Part shown: positions 8,525 through 17,944 of the stretch, in pieces
Layout: each line of letters starts with the position of its first letter
Position numbering within the stretch: the stretch's first letter is position 1
Origin: Promethearchaeota archaeon
Lineage (GTDB): Archaea; Asgardarchaeota; Lokiarchaeia; Sigyniarchaeales; SOKP01
Assembly (NCBI GenBank): GCA_013375475.1
Contig: JABXKD010000053.1
Location: 1-25,206, forward strand
Length of the DNA stretch: 25,206 nucleotides
Reading direction: 5' to 3'
Program-made: the position numbers and the translations under genes
Notes under the pieces: model-generated
What the model saw: only the letters and a program-made list of their open reading frames with translations
The model's database searches: none
Told to the model about the DNA's origin: nothing

Positions 8525-8633
8525 TAATATTCTATAATTTGAATCAATCCCTTGTTTTTTGCTTCTTGGAAGAATACTTTAATAAATAATAGAACGAATA
8601 ACTAAATATCAAGAATAAACTCTGGAATAAAAT

Positions 8634-10058
8634 ATGACAACCTTAAATAATGATGCGAAGCCGGCTCAATCTGAAGAATCAAGTCTTATAAAGATGGCAA
8701 TGTTTTCAACCGGATATTTTTTGAATATTTTTTTAATGGTAGCCTTTACTAATTTTGTCTGGACATTCTATGTAAGTGAACTTGGTTTAAAAAGTATAGA
8801 AGGTTTATGGTATATATATATGGCAATCGCAAATGCCATATACACAATATGGAGTATGCTGATTAACCCTGTAATGGGATATCTTACCGATAGACCCTTC
8901 AAATGGACCAAAAAGCGAGGTTTTCATACTCCATGGATCATTATTGGAGGGGTTCCTACGATTATTCTTTTTTTTTTCCTATTTACACCTCCTCAAGTAA
9001 CAGGAATTGAGAGCGTATTGCCCATTCTAATCTACTACATAATAATCGTTTTATTATACGATTTATCGTATTCTCTTCTCCAAACTCATTCTTTTGGAGC
9101 TTTTGCTGCTCATTTTAGAGGAGATAAAAATCGTAGAAAAGGAGGAATATTAACACAAATTTTCACATTTATAGCAAATTTCTTAGCAATTACAATTTGG
9201 TCTCAAATAATTGATTCCGGGAATCCAACATCGTACACAATCGCTGCATTTATCAGCATTATTATCCTCTCATTTTCATTTGCGGTATTTATACCAGGAG
9301 CTAAGGAGGATAGCGTGATAAAAGAAAGATTTAGTGTAGGGCATGGCAGCTCGGATAAAATTTCCTTTTTAAAAACATTGAAGATATGTTTAAAACAAAA
9401 AAATTTCATGTTAGCTATATTCTCTTATCTTACATTCATGATTTCGTTTGGTCTAATGAGTATGAATGCAGTCAATTTTGTTGATGATGTTCTACAAGAG
9501 GGGCAATACATAAGAAGTTTAGGTTCAATCTTAATGCTTTTATCTTCATTTGTAACAATACCTATATGGGCTCGCTTAGCTAAAAAAATAGGCCATTCGA
9601 AAACTTACACAATAGGTTTAGCTTCCTACGGAGTAAGTTTATTATTTAATGTTTTTATTGCAGACGCCTTTCAATTCTATTTAATCAGCATCCTTAACGG
9701 AGCATCAAGCTCCTCGTTCTTAATTATGTTATCACCCGTTTTTGCCGATTGCTACGATGAAATCGCTTTGAAAATAAAGAAGCATCAACAGACTACACTA
9801 ATTGGAATTAGGAATGTTTTCCTTCGAATTTCCGTATCGATTCAGAGTTTTATAATAGCAATTATATACACACTCACACATTATGACCCGCGCAATGTTT
9901 CTCATCAATTTGAACCTTTACTAGGTCTTCGGATAATACAAGGATTACTTCCTTTCATTGTTTGCATCGTGGGTGCGTTAATTTTTTATAAGTGGTATGA
10001 TCTGAAAGGTACCAAAAAACAAGAAGTTACTCGTAAATTACGGGAATTAGGTTTGTAA
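8634..10058 (+). CDS. MFS transporter, glycoside-pentoside-hexuronide (MelB-like) family
   Basis: 474 aa with about 12 hydrophobic segments. NPVMGYLTDR, PIWARLAKKIG, PVFADCYDE and C-terminal YDLKG...LRELGL. Confidence 0.88.
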   Translation: MTTLNNDAKPAQSEESSLIKMAMFSTGYFLNIFLMVAFTNFVWTFYVSELGLKSIEGLWYIYMAIANAIYTIWSMLINPVMGYLTDRPFKWTKKRGFHTPWIIIGGVPTIILFFFLFTPPQVTGIESVLPILIYYIIIVLLYDLSYSLLQTHSFGAFAAHFRGDKNRRKGGILTQIFTFIANFLAITIWSQIIDSGNPTSYTIAAFISIIILSFSFAVFIPGAKEDSVIKERFSVGHGSSDKISFLKTLKICLKQKNFMLAIFSYLTFMISFGLMSMNAVNFVDDVLQEGQYIRSLGSILMLLSSFVTIPIWARLAKKIGHSKTYTIGLASYGVSLLFNVFIADAFQFYLISILNGASSSSFLIMLSPVFADCYDEIALKIKKHQQTTLIGIRNVFLRISVSIQSFIIAIIYTLTHYDPRNVSHQFEPLLGLRIIQGLLPFIVCIVGALIFYKWYDLKGTKKQEVTRKLRELGL

Positions 10059-10130
10059 TGATTACTAGAAGTGTTTTTGAGAAAATAATCCAAAAGAAAA
10101 AAAGTAGATGAAATTAATTCTTTAAGTTTA

Positions 10131-11618
10131 TTAGGAATACAAATTAATTAAGTAAAACAATAGAAATATAATAAATAATATCATCCCATTAACGAGAAAG
10201 GGTTTATTGTATGTTCGATATTTCTCGTTATCGATACACACTAGTTTTGCTGGTTTATTTCCCACTCGAGTTTTAAAATTTTTTGTTCTACGCCATTCCA
10301 TTTTACCAATGGCGAGTTTTTCTTCATGTCCCTGTAAAGGACCAATTTGGCATTTCATGATTATCCCGGAAATGTGCTTCTTTTTTCGAATGATATTGGC
10401 CCCTGAAGTAAAATTACCCGCCGAAAACACAGCTACTTTATTATAGGGAAAAGATTCTTTGTTTTTTATTTTAATTTCATCCGGAACTTTCATTATCGGC
10501 TGAAGCACGTGGGGATGATGAGCAAAAATGAGATCCCATTTGTGATCAGGATGAGCAAAAATACCTCTTAAAAATCTTTTTTTATAGATTTTTTTAAGTC
10601 CTCTATAGTTAGGCGTTATGCCAGTTAGTAGTGCTTTAGCATCCTTTTGGAATCTTGTCCTCACATATTTTTCGTTTTCGAAACCCCAATGGGGAAGGAT
10701 GATGTTGAACTTTGTATTTTTAATGAGAGGAAAAGGATATTTATCATTATCATTGTCAATATCGTCTGCATTGGCAGTAGTGGGGTTATTATATTTGAAA
10801 GTGTAGTTCCAAGTCTTTTGATTACTCCACTGCGTAGCACATGTTATAGTTATGTCTTTGTTTTCGTTACATATAAAAGATACATCTCGTCGTCCAAAGA
10901 CATCAAAATTAGGGCTATTTTGTATTTTATGTAAAGTTTTGTTAAATTGAGTACTACTAAAGTCTTCGCTGTGATTATTACTTAAACAAAGTAACCACTT
11001 ATTACTATCGCTTAACAAGCTTTCTAATTGTGTGAGGATACTTTCTTGATGTGCTTGCTTTAATCTTGGGCAGGGCTGATTAGAAATTGTCCCCTCTAAA
11101 TTACCAATTATTAGATCAGTGTCTTTAAAGAACGATTTAATGTCAGGATGAAATTCTAGACCAAATTTATTCATTTTCATGATATCGCCAACAAATCCTA
11201 TTTTATATTTTGGTTCAGTTATTTCATTAATAATAGGTTCGTAATTCTCCGCTTCACGTTTAATGATATATGGTCCCGGTAAATAAATAGCTCCTTCTTT
11301 GATTTTATATTTCCATCCTCTTATGAGCTCTCTCCCCACACTTAGAAGAAGGATTGCTGCTAAAGCGTAAATGACATAGCTCAATATTTCAATAAAAGAA
11401 TTCTCAAATATGCCAAATATGATCGTTAAAGGAATAAACACACCTACGATTCCCGGTAGCGCCAGGTGCTTACCAAAATAGTAGATTGTCTCTTCTATCT
11501 CGTAGGGGCTCATTCCCATTTTTTCGGCTTTTATATCCTCCTCAATCCCACCACTCTTTCCTTCGGGGGAGCTATAATACTCATCTAAGGATTTATTCTT
11601 TAAAGTTTGGAGTTTCAA
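10131..11618 (-). CDS. Membrane-anchored CapA-family metallophosphatase, copy A (likely start TTG 11618)
   Basis: GDIM, GNLEG, LSNNHSEDF, PHWGFENE, DLIFAHHPHVLQP, FSAGNF. Two N-terminal and one C-terminal TM segments. AGGTGA RBS precedes TTG 11618, and this start aligns with the paralogs' starts. Confidence 0.82.
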   Translation of the reverse strand: MKLQTLKNKSLDEYYSSPEGKSGGIEEDIKAEKMGMSPYEIEETIYYFGKHLALPGIVGVFIPLTIIFGIFENSFIEILSYVIYALAAILLLSVGRELIRGWKYKIKEGAIYLPGPYIIKREAENYEPIINEITEPKYKIGFVGDIMKMNKFGLEFHPDIKSFFKDTDLIIGNLEGTISNQPCPRLKQAHQESILTQLESLLSDSNKWLLCLSNNHSEDFSSTQFNKTLHKIQNSPNFDVFGRRDVSFICNENKDITITCATQWSNQKTWNYTFKYNNPTTANADDIDNDNDKYPFPLIKNTKFNIILPHWGFENEKYVRTRFQKDAKALLTGITPNYRGLKKIYKKRFLRGIFAHPDHKWDLIFAHHPHVLQPIMKVPDEIKIKNKESFPYNKVAVFSAGNFTSGANIIRKKKHISGIIMKCQIGPLQGHEEKLAIGKMEWRRTKNFKTRVGNKPAKLVCIDNEKYRTYNKPFLVNGMILFIIFLLFYLINLYS

Positions 11619-11676
11619 ATTGTCACCTTTTTTTTTAAAAATCAATCTTAATTGGATTATTTAACTCTTTATTAAC

Positions 11677-11735
11677 GATAAACATTGGATAGTTAGTTAT
11701 ACTCTCAGCTTATTTATATATCTTACTTTTTTGTA
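11677..11735 (-). repeat. Duplicated upstream/promoter element, copy 1
   Basis: 49 of 59 nt identical without gaps to 13444-13502, including two exact 15-mers. One contains TATA-like ATATATAA on the minus strand. Confidence 0.85.
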
Positions 11736-12029
11736 TATGTATAAGATAGTTAAAACCACACACAAAATAGAAATGTACAAAAAAAACGAAATTAGAGAAT
11801 TGCTAACAGGAATATTAAAAATTCTAAAAAAAAGAAATATTAGGAGGATTATCACCCCAATGGATGGCAACGCTATATGTTTACATAAATAATATAAAGA
11901 TTCTTGAAGATCGTACGGAGTAAGTCTCCACCACTTCTTCTCATTATTATTTGGACACCCTATTCCATGTAGTGAATGCGTACGATAGTAAAAATCTAAT
12001 GATATCCCATACTTAGTCGTTAATATCAT
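11697..12029 (-). pseudogene. Truncated CapA-like paralog (N-terminal membrane part only)
   Basis: WWRLTPYDLQESLYYLCKHIALP aligns with WWRLSPYNREETKNYVLKLIALP (copy B) and MSPYEIEETIYYFGKHLALP (copy A). There is no catalytic domain, and the last codons run through the promoter copy. Confidence 0.7.
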
Positions 12030-12033
12030 GGTA

Positions 12034-13416
12034 TCAGATTAGACCGAATAACTCAAGGACTTTAAGGAGCACTACCAAACCGATTACCGCAATACCTAAG
12101 ATAAGTGAATAGATTCTATTTATCCGATATTTCTCTCTATCTATACAAATGGTTTTGGTTCCTGATATAATATGTCTATCGTTATAAGTTTTACGCCATT
12201 CAACATCCCCTATAGCATATTGGTCTCTGCTTCCTGGTAGAAGACCGATTCGACATTTCATTATAATTCCATATATGTGTCTTTGTTCTCGGATTATAAC
12301 TGCTCCTGAAGTAAAATTCCCTCCCGAGAAAACGACTAATTTGTTTAATCCTGAATCAGGATCAGTGACTCTCTGTATCGGTTGACGAGTATGAGAATGT
12401 TGGCCGAAAATTAAATCCCATCTTTTAGCATTTCCAGTAAGAAGTGTATCTGCTTGATCTTGGATATCATCCCTGGTATATTTTTCGTTTTCGTAGCTCC
12501 AATGCGGAAAAAATATATTAACATGATCATCTTTATGGAGAGCACCAAATCCGTTATTTACATTTGTATTTGTATACTCGGAAATGCATTCCCAATTTTT
12601 CTGATTGCTCCATTGTGTAGCTGTAGCAATATTTATTGGGAAGCCATTAATAGTGACATTTGGAGTATCATGGCGGCCAAATACATGTATATTCGCTTGA
12701 GGTTGATTTCGTATTAGTTCTAAAGAGATGTCGAATTCTCTATTACCATAATCACTACTATGATTGTTACTTAAACATAATAACAATGGTTTATTAGGAC
12801 CTAATAAACCTTGCAACTTTCTGAAAATACTTGGGCAATGTGCTTGTTTTCCAAGTGTATCACCCGAGGCTCTAACAATTCCTTCGAGATTACCTACGAT
12901 TAAATCAACGTCACTAAAAAATTGTAAAACTAATGGATCAAAATCTAACTCATGGTTGTTTATCATCATAATGTCGCCTAAAAACCCTAAAGTATACTCA
13001 TGTGGATTCTGTATAGTATTTAGGTTAAATTTAAACAAACTAGCTTCCTGATTGATGTCGTAAGGGATTGGAACATCAATCAACCCATCTGCTACCGTAA
13101 TTTCATATCTATTTGCTCTTATAAGTTCTCGAGTGTAACTATTGAAAAAGAGCGCAGCGATGAAGACTAAAATTGTGCTTATAAGATGAATTATAGGATT
13201 ACTAAACAAACTCAGAATAAATATAAAGAAAAAGGCTGCTGAAGCCACCAACGGTAATGCAATCAATTTTAAGACATAATTTTTAGTTTCCTCTCTATTG
13301 TAAGGAGATAATCTCCACCAATCTGTCTCATCACTATCTTGACACGGTAGAGTTAAGCCTGGATTTTGATTATAAAAAGTTGTTAAATCCCTTCCATTTG
13401 GAGCCTTTAATACCAT
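12034..13416 (-). CDS. Membrane-anchored CapA-family metallophosphatase, copy B
   Basis: GDIM, GNLEG, LSNNHSSDYG, PHWSYENE, DLIFGQHSH, FSGGNF. Same TM layout as copy A, with shared blocks ATQWSNQK and GIIMKC. Confidence 0.82.
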   Translation of the reverse strand: MVLKAPNGRDLTTFYNQNPGLTLPCQDSDETDWWRLSPYNREETKNYVLKLIALPLVASAAFFFIFILSLFSNPIIHLISTILVFIAALFFNSYTRELIRANRYEITVADGLIDVPIPYDINQEASLFKFNLNTIQNPHEYTLGFLGDIMMINNHELDFDPLVLQFFSDVDLIVGNLEGIVRASGDTLGKQAHCPSIFRKLQGLLGPNKPLLLCLSNNHSSDYGNREFDISLELIRNQPQANIHVFGRHDTPNVTINGFPINIATATQWSNQKNWECISEYTNTNVNNGFGALHKDDHVNIFFPHWSYENEKYTRDDIQDQADTLLTGNAKRWDLIFGQHSHTRQPIQRVTDPDSGLNKLVVFSGGNFTSGAVIIREQRHIYGIIMKCRIGLLPGSRDQYAIGDVEWRKTYNDRHIISGTKTICIDREKYRINRIYSLILGIAVIGLVVLLKVLELFGLI

Positions 13417-13443
13417 TTTCTCATCTCTTACATATTTTTAGTT

Positions 13444-13502
13444 GATAAACATTGGATATTTAAATATTCCCCCAGATTGCTTATATATCTTACTTATTTG
13501 TA
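13444..13502 (-). repeat. Duplicated upstream/promoter element, copy 2
   Basis: Minus strand AAGTAAGATATATAA...TATCCAATGTTTATC, ending 28 nt before the ATG at 13416. Matches 11677-11735. Confidence 0.85.
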
Positions 13503-13619
13503 AATTCTCTCAAATCTTACTGTCTATCAATATTTGAAGAAAATTGGATGTAATATGAAAAATTATAAAAAATCTAAACCCATTGTATTGGTGTATATTA
13601 AATTCTGATAGGAGCTCTC

Positions 13620-14087
13620 ATGAATGTTAATGTGATATATGAGGAAACGCTTCAAATTCCCGTTGATAAAGCTTTCGAGCTCTCAATACAATGGGTAAGC
13701 AGTCAACATAAAGCTAAAATAAAAAAGAGTAATCTTCCTACTTTTATAGAGACTAAACAAGGGACTATGAATACTAATACGGGCCACGATCCGAATTGGA
13801 AGAAGCGAATTCGAATTAATATTTACGATTTGGAAAACGGTAAATCTTTGATTAGAGTAGAAGCTACACCTCTCTCAAGAACAATATTTCGGGTTGATAA
13901 ACTCAAAGAATCTTGGTATAATGGTCTGTTCTCTAGCTTATTTTCCCTACTTGAAAGAATGACAATAGTAATCCCTCCAAAAACCCTCCCTAAACAAAAA
14001 ATTGAAGCATTGCATTGTCACAACTGCGGAAATAAAATAGATAAAGAAGCGAAAATATGCCCGAATTGTGGAATCGATGTAGTGTGA
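13620..14087 (+). CDS. Hypothetical protein with C-terminal zinc ribbon
   Basis: CHNCG-x8-CPNCG at the C-terminus after a Pro/Lys-rich linker. AGGAG RBS upstream. Confidence 0.8.
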   Translation: MNVNVIYEETLQIPVDKAFELSIQWVSSQHKAKIKKSNLPTFIETKQGTMNTNTGHDPNWKKRIRINIYDLENGKSLIRVEATPLSRTIFRVDKLKESWYNGLFSSLFSLLERMTIVIPPKTLPKQKIEALHCHNCGNKIDKEAKICPNCGIDVV

Positions 14088-14269
14088 AATGAGATTAATC
14101 CCTAATATAGGTATAGTTCACCCAATTTTGTTATAAATCATAATAATTTCTATAACCTTAGTATTTATAAACTATAAAAAAAGGCTTTTTAATTTCAGAT
14201 ATGACTCTCTAATATAAGCTAAAAATAATTTGAGAAAAAAAAATCGTTTATTATAGGCTGTGAAAATTG

Positions 14270-16012
14270 ATGGGAAATCCAAATTATAATCAAGATCTCT
14301 CGATTGTTCTCTGTGGTGCTGCTGGGCAAGGAATTCAAACGGTTGAAGCATTACTTACAAAATCTTTGAAAAAATCAGGATTCTACGTGTTTGCTACTCG
14401 TGAGTACATGAGTCGAGTCAGAGGTGGAGTTAATTCCACAACCATACGTGTATCGTCGAAGGCCGTTCGCGCATATGTTGATCGAATTGATGTTTTGATT
14501 CCACTAAGCGATCAAGCAGTACCTCATCTAAAGGAGAGAATCTCACAAAATACTCTAATTATCGGTGAAAAACGATTTATAGATGTTATACCTGACCTTG
14601 CTAGCGAAAAGATTGAAATTTCTTTTGAAGAGTTATCAAAAAGCATTGGTGGTAAAATTTACGCCAACATTGTTGCTCTTGGGGCGATTATGCGTCTGTT
14701 TAAAGCTGATAACAAAATACTTCATTCCTTACTTTCTGAAATTTTTAAGAGCAAGGGCCAAGAAATTATAGAGAATAATATTAAAGCGTCTGATATTGGG
14801 TATGAAACCGCTGAAAGTTTGATTAAAAGCAACATCCTTAAAAAGGAAGTTGAGATTCAAAAAAACCCAGAAGTAACAGACGATTATATCATTGATGGAA
14901 CCCAAGCTATAGGTTTAGGCGCGATAGCTGGGGGGTGTAACTTCGCATGTTTCTACCCGATGGCACCATCCACGGGAATTGGAACATTTCTTGCTCAACA
15001 CGCACTTGATTTCGATATAATTGTAGATCAGTCTGAGGACGAAATTAGCGTAATTAATAAAGCGCTAGGGGCATCTTATGCTGGTGCTCGAGCGTTTATT
15101 TCTACCGCTGGAGGAGGTTTCTCTTTAATGTCTGAAGGTATTAGTTTAGCGGGTATGACAGAATTACCCCTTGTAATCGTTGTCGGAATGCGTCCAGGAC
15201 CCGCAACCGGAATGCCAACTAGAACTTGTCAAGAAGATATTGAGCTTGTTTTATATTCTGGAGCGGGTTTTTTTCCGAAAGTAATTTTTGCTCCCGGTTC
15301 TATTGAAGACGCTTTTTCACTTACACAAAGAGCATTTAATATAACTCAACAATATCACGTACCTGTATTCATTCTACCGGACCAATATTTAGTTGATTCC
15401 TACTACAATATTAATTCGCTAAATTTAGATTCTCTCGTAATTAATAAGAACTTAATTAAAACAGATTCGAGCTATGAAAGGTATAGGTTTACAGAAAGTG
15501 GGATTTCGCCCCGAGGAGTTCCCGGATATGGTGAAGGACTCGTTGATGCTGATTCTCATACTCATAACGAAAAAGGTGAAATTACCGAAGATCCAATAAT
15601 TCGTAAAAAAACAGTCCAGAAACGATTTAAAAAGCTAGGACTTCTAAGAAAAATCGCTTTACCTCCCGAATTCATTGGAAACGAAAATTTCAAGTATTTA
15701 GTTATCAGTTGGGGTAGTAATTACTATTTGATAAAAGAGGCTTTGGAGATGCTTTATAGAGACGATGTGGGGTTTCTATTCTTTAGGCAAATTTATCCCG
15801 TCCACAAAGCTGCCTTTGATTACTTAATAAAAGCTGAAATAAAAATTTCTATTGAACAGAATCCTACCGGTCAATTTGGAAAACTATTGGAAAATGAGAC
15901 GCACATCAATATGAATCACAGGATTTTAAAACATAGTGGTTACACATTTTCGGTTGAAGAAATACATGATAAATTAAAAAAAGTAATAGAGGGTGATGAA
16001 AATATCGAGTAA
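14270..16012 (+). CDS. korA: 2-oxoacid:ferredoxin oxidoreductase alpha subunit (gamma-alpha fusion), KorA-like
   Basis: GAAGQG, SRVRGG, YPMAP (YPITP-like), QSEDEIS, TAGGGFSLMSEG, RPGPATGMPT, EQNPTGQ. ATG 14270 (TTG 14267). Substrate specificity cannot be determined from sequence. Confidence 0.85.
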   Translation: MGNPNYNQDLSIVLCGAAGQGIQTVEALLTKSLKKSGFYVFATREYMSRVRGGVNSTTIRVSSKAVRAYVDRIDVLIPLSDQAVPHLKERISQNTLIIGEKRFIDVIPDLASEKIEISFEELSKSIGGKIYANIVALGAIMRLFKADNKILHSLLSEIFKSKGQEIIENNIKASDIGYETAESLIKSNILKKEVEIQKNPEVTDDYIIDGTQAIGLGAIAGGCNFACFYPMAPSTGIGTFLAQHALDFDIIVDQSEDEISVINKALGASYAGARAFISTAGGGFSLMSEGISLAGMTELPLVIVVGMRPGPATGMPTRTCQEDIELVLYSGAGFFPKVIFAPGSIEDAFSLTQRAFNITQQYHVPVFILPDQYLVDSYYNINSLNLDSLVINKNLIKTDSSYERYRFTESGISPRGVPGYGEGLVDADSHTHNEKGEITEDPIIRKKTVQKRFKKLGLLRKIALPPEFIGNENFKYLVISWGSNYYLIKEALEMLYRDDVGFLFFRQIYPVHKAAFDYLIKAEIKISIEQNPTGQFGKLLENETHINMNHRILKHSGYTFSVEEIHDKLKKVIEGDENIE

Positions 16013-16862
16013 AGACTTTGATTTGGATGAAGTTGAAATTTCGTGGTGCCCCGGTTGCGGTAACTATAACGCTTTAAAAGTAATGAAAGAAGCTTTAACC
16101 GATTTAGGAATTAAACCGCATGAATTTGTGTTAGTTTCTGGAATAGGACAAGCTGGAAAGTTTCCCCATTTTATAAAGGCTCAGAGTTTTAACGGATTAC
16201 ATGGTCGCTATTTATCAGCAGCTTTGGGAATAAAAGCATCTAATCCAGAACTCACAGTAATAGCAGTAAGCGGTGATGGGTGCACATTAAGCGAAGGAGG
16301 GAACCATTTTCTTCATACAATTAGATACAACCCTGATATCATAAATGTGATACATAACAATCAAGTTTATGGTTTAACCAAAGGTCAAGCATCGCCAACG
16401 AGTCAATTAGGTTTCAAAACAAAGGTCCAAGTTTTTGGAGTTATAAACGAACCTTTCAATGCTTTAGCAGTAGCGATTTCTCTTAATGCTTCCTTCGTAG
16501 CAAGAGCTTTTGTTGGTGATCTAGATAAGACAAAAGAAATTCTAAAACAAACGATTAATCATAAGGGTTACGCGCTAATCGATCTTCTCTGTCCTTGTGT
16601 TACTTTTAATCGCGTAAATACATATCAATGGTACAAAGAGAAGAGTTTTTACCTAGACGAGGCTCATGATCCATTTGATCAAATGAAAGCCATGAAATTA
16701 GCCCTGGATACTGATAAACTCGCGTTAGGAATTTTGTATAAGAATCCAAAAAGAAAGCCCTACCACGAAAATGTTCAAATATACAACGATGATAAGCGAG
16801 CTTTATATCAACGAGATCTAGATAAAGCTAAATTCAACCAATTGCTCGAAAGTTTCAAATAA
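15996..16862 (+). CDS. korB: 2-oxoacid:ferredoxin oxidoreductase beta subunit (TPP-binding), KorB-like
   Basis: WCPGCG, LHGR, GDG...NN TPP motif, YGLTKGQASPT, PCVTFN. Overlaps the korA end; GAGGGTG RBS. Confidence 0.87.
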   Translation: MKISSKDFDLDEVEISWCPGCGNYNALKVMKEALTDLGIKPHEFVLVSGIGQAGKFPHFIKAQSFNGLHGRYLSAALGIKASNPELTVIAVSGDGCTLSEGGNHFLHTIRYNPDIINVIHNNQVYGLTKGQASPTSQLGFKTKVQVFGVINEPFNALAVAISLNASFVARAFVGDLDKTKEILKQTINHKGYALIDLLCPCVTFNRVNTYQWYKEKSFYLDEAHDPFDQMKAMKLALDTDKLALGILYKNPKRKPYHENVQIYNDDKRALYQRDLDKAKFNQLLESFK

Positions 16863-16933
16863 GAATAATCTAGAAACATTTAAGTTTTAAATTCCACTCT
16901 TCCATTTGTTTCATATTAGGATAGTGGATTTTT

Positions 16934-17833
16934 GTGACAAAAAAGATACCAGTAATTCTTGACACTGATATAGGGTTGGACATTGATGATACATGGGCCT
17001 TAGGTTTATTGTTAAAATCCCCAGAATTAGACGTTAAATTAATAACAACGTCATCAGATAATACATCGCTAAAAGCAAAACTAGTTGCCAAATTCCTCGA
17101 AAGTGTTGGTCGAACTGACATTCCTATAGGGATTGGGGTTCCAGAAAATAGTAAAAAAGGGTGGCAGTATCCATGGGTAGAAGATTATGATATATCGCAA
17201 TACCCTGGTACTGTTCACAATAATGCTGCGGAAATGATCTGTTCTACAATAACCAATTCTATTACTCCTATAACGCTCATCTCTATTGGTCCCTTAGGTA
17301 CCGTTGCAGAAGCACTTAAACTGAATCCTAACATAGTAGATAACTCGCGTTTCGTTGGGATGCAGGGGAGTATTCGCAAGGGATATGGGGGCTCAGAAAC
17401 ACAACATAAGGAGTATAATGTGAAAAAGAACATAAAGGCGTGTAGAGAGGTATTTCAGGCTCAGTGGGAGAAAACGATTACGCCACTGGACACCTGTAGA
17501 GATGTTATACTAAAAGGTTCGCTTCTAGAGCGCTTTATGAAGAGCAACAATTTAGTTGTCCAATCAATAAAGGAAAACTATAATATATGGAAAAAGAAGC
17601 TTATTCCGAAATTAGTAATGGTTAAAAAGAACCAAACATCGGCCCTCTTTGACACCGTAGCGATTTATCTCGGTTTCTCTGAAGATCTACTTAATATTGA
17701 AGAATTAAAAATCGAAGTTACCCATAATGGCTTAACTCAAATTAACGAAAAAGGGAATCTGATACGGTGTGCAACTTCTTGGAAAGATGTCCAATTATTT
17801 AAAGAAATGCTAGTTGATCGACTCACAAATTAA
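16934..17833 (+). CDS. Nucleoside hydrolase (inosine-uridine preferring family)
   Basis: N-terminal Asp cluster DTDIGLDIDD, then IGPL, EYNV, TPLD, LFD. GTG start. Confidence 0.9.
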   Translation: MTKKIPVILDTDIGLDIDDTWALGLLLKSPELDVKLITTSSDNTSLKAKLVAKFLESVGRTDIPIGIGVPENSKKGWQYPWVEDYDISQYPGTVHNNAAEMICSTITNSITPITLISIGPLGTVAEALKLNPNIVDNSRFVGMQGSIRKGYGGSETQHKEYNVKKNIKACREVFQAQWEKTITPLDTCRDVILKGSLLERFMKSNNLVVQSIKENYNIWKKKLIPKLVMVKKNQTSALFDTVAIYLGFSEDLLNIEELKIEVTHNGLTQINEKGNLIRCATSWKDVQLFKEMLVDRLTN

Positions 17834-17944
17834 ATTATTTGTCCATTTTACTAATTTTTTCTATCTCTTACTACTTCTTTCATGAATACTTATATATATG
17901 ATAATGTTAAAATAAAATAACCAAATTTTAGAAAATTCAAAAAC

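Noticed and set aside
10131-13416. Poly-gamma-glutamate capsule operon
   Set aside because: No capB/capC ligase genes are in the window, and a CapA-like domain alone does not imply capsule synthesis.
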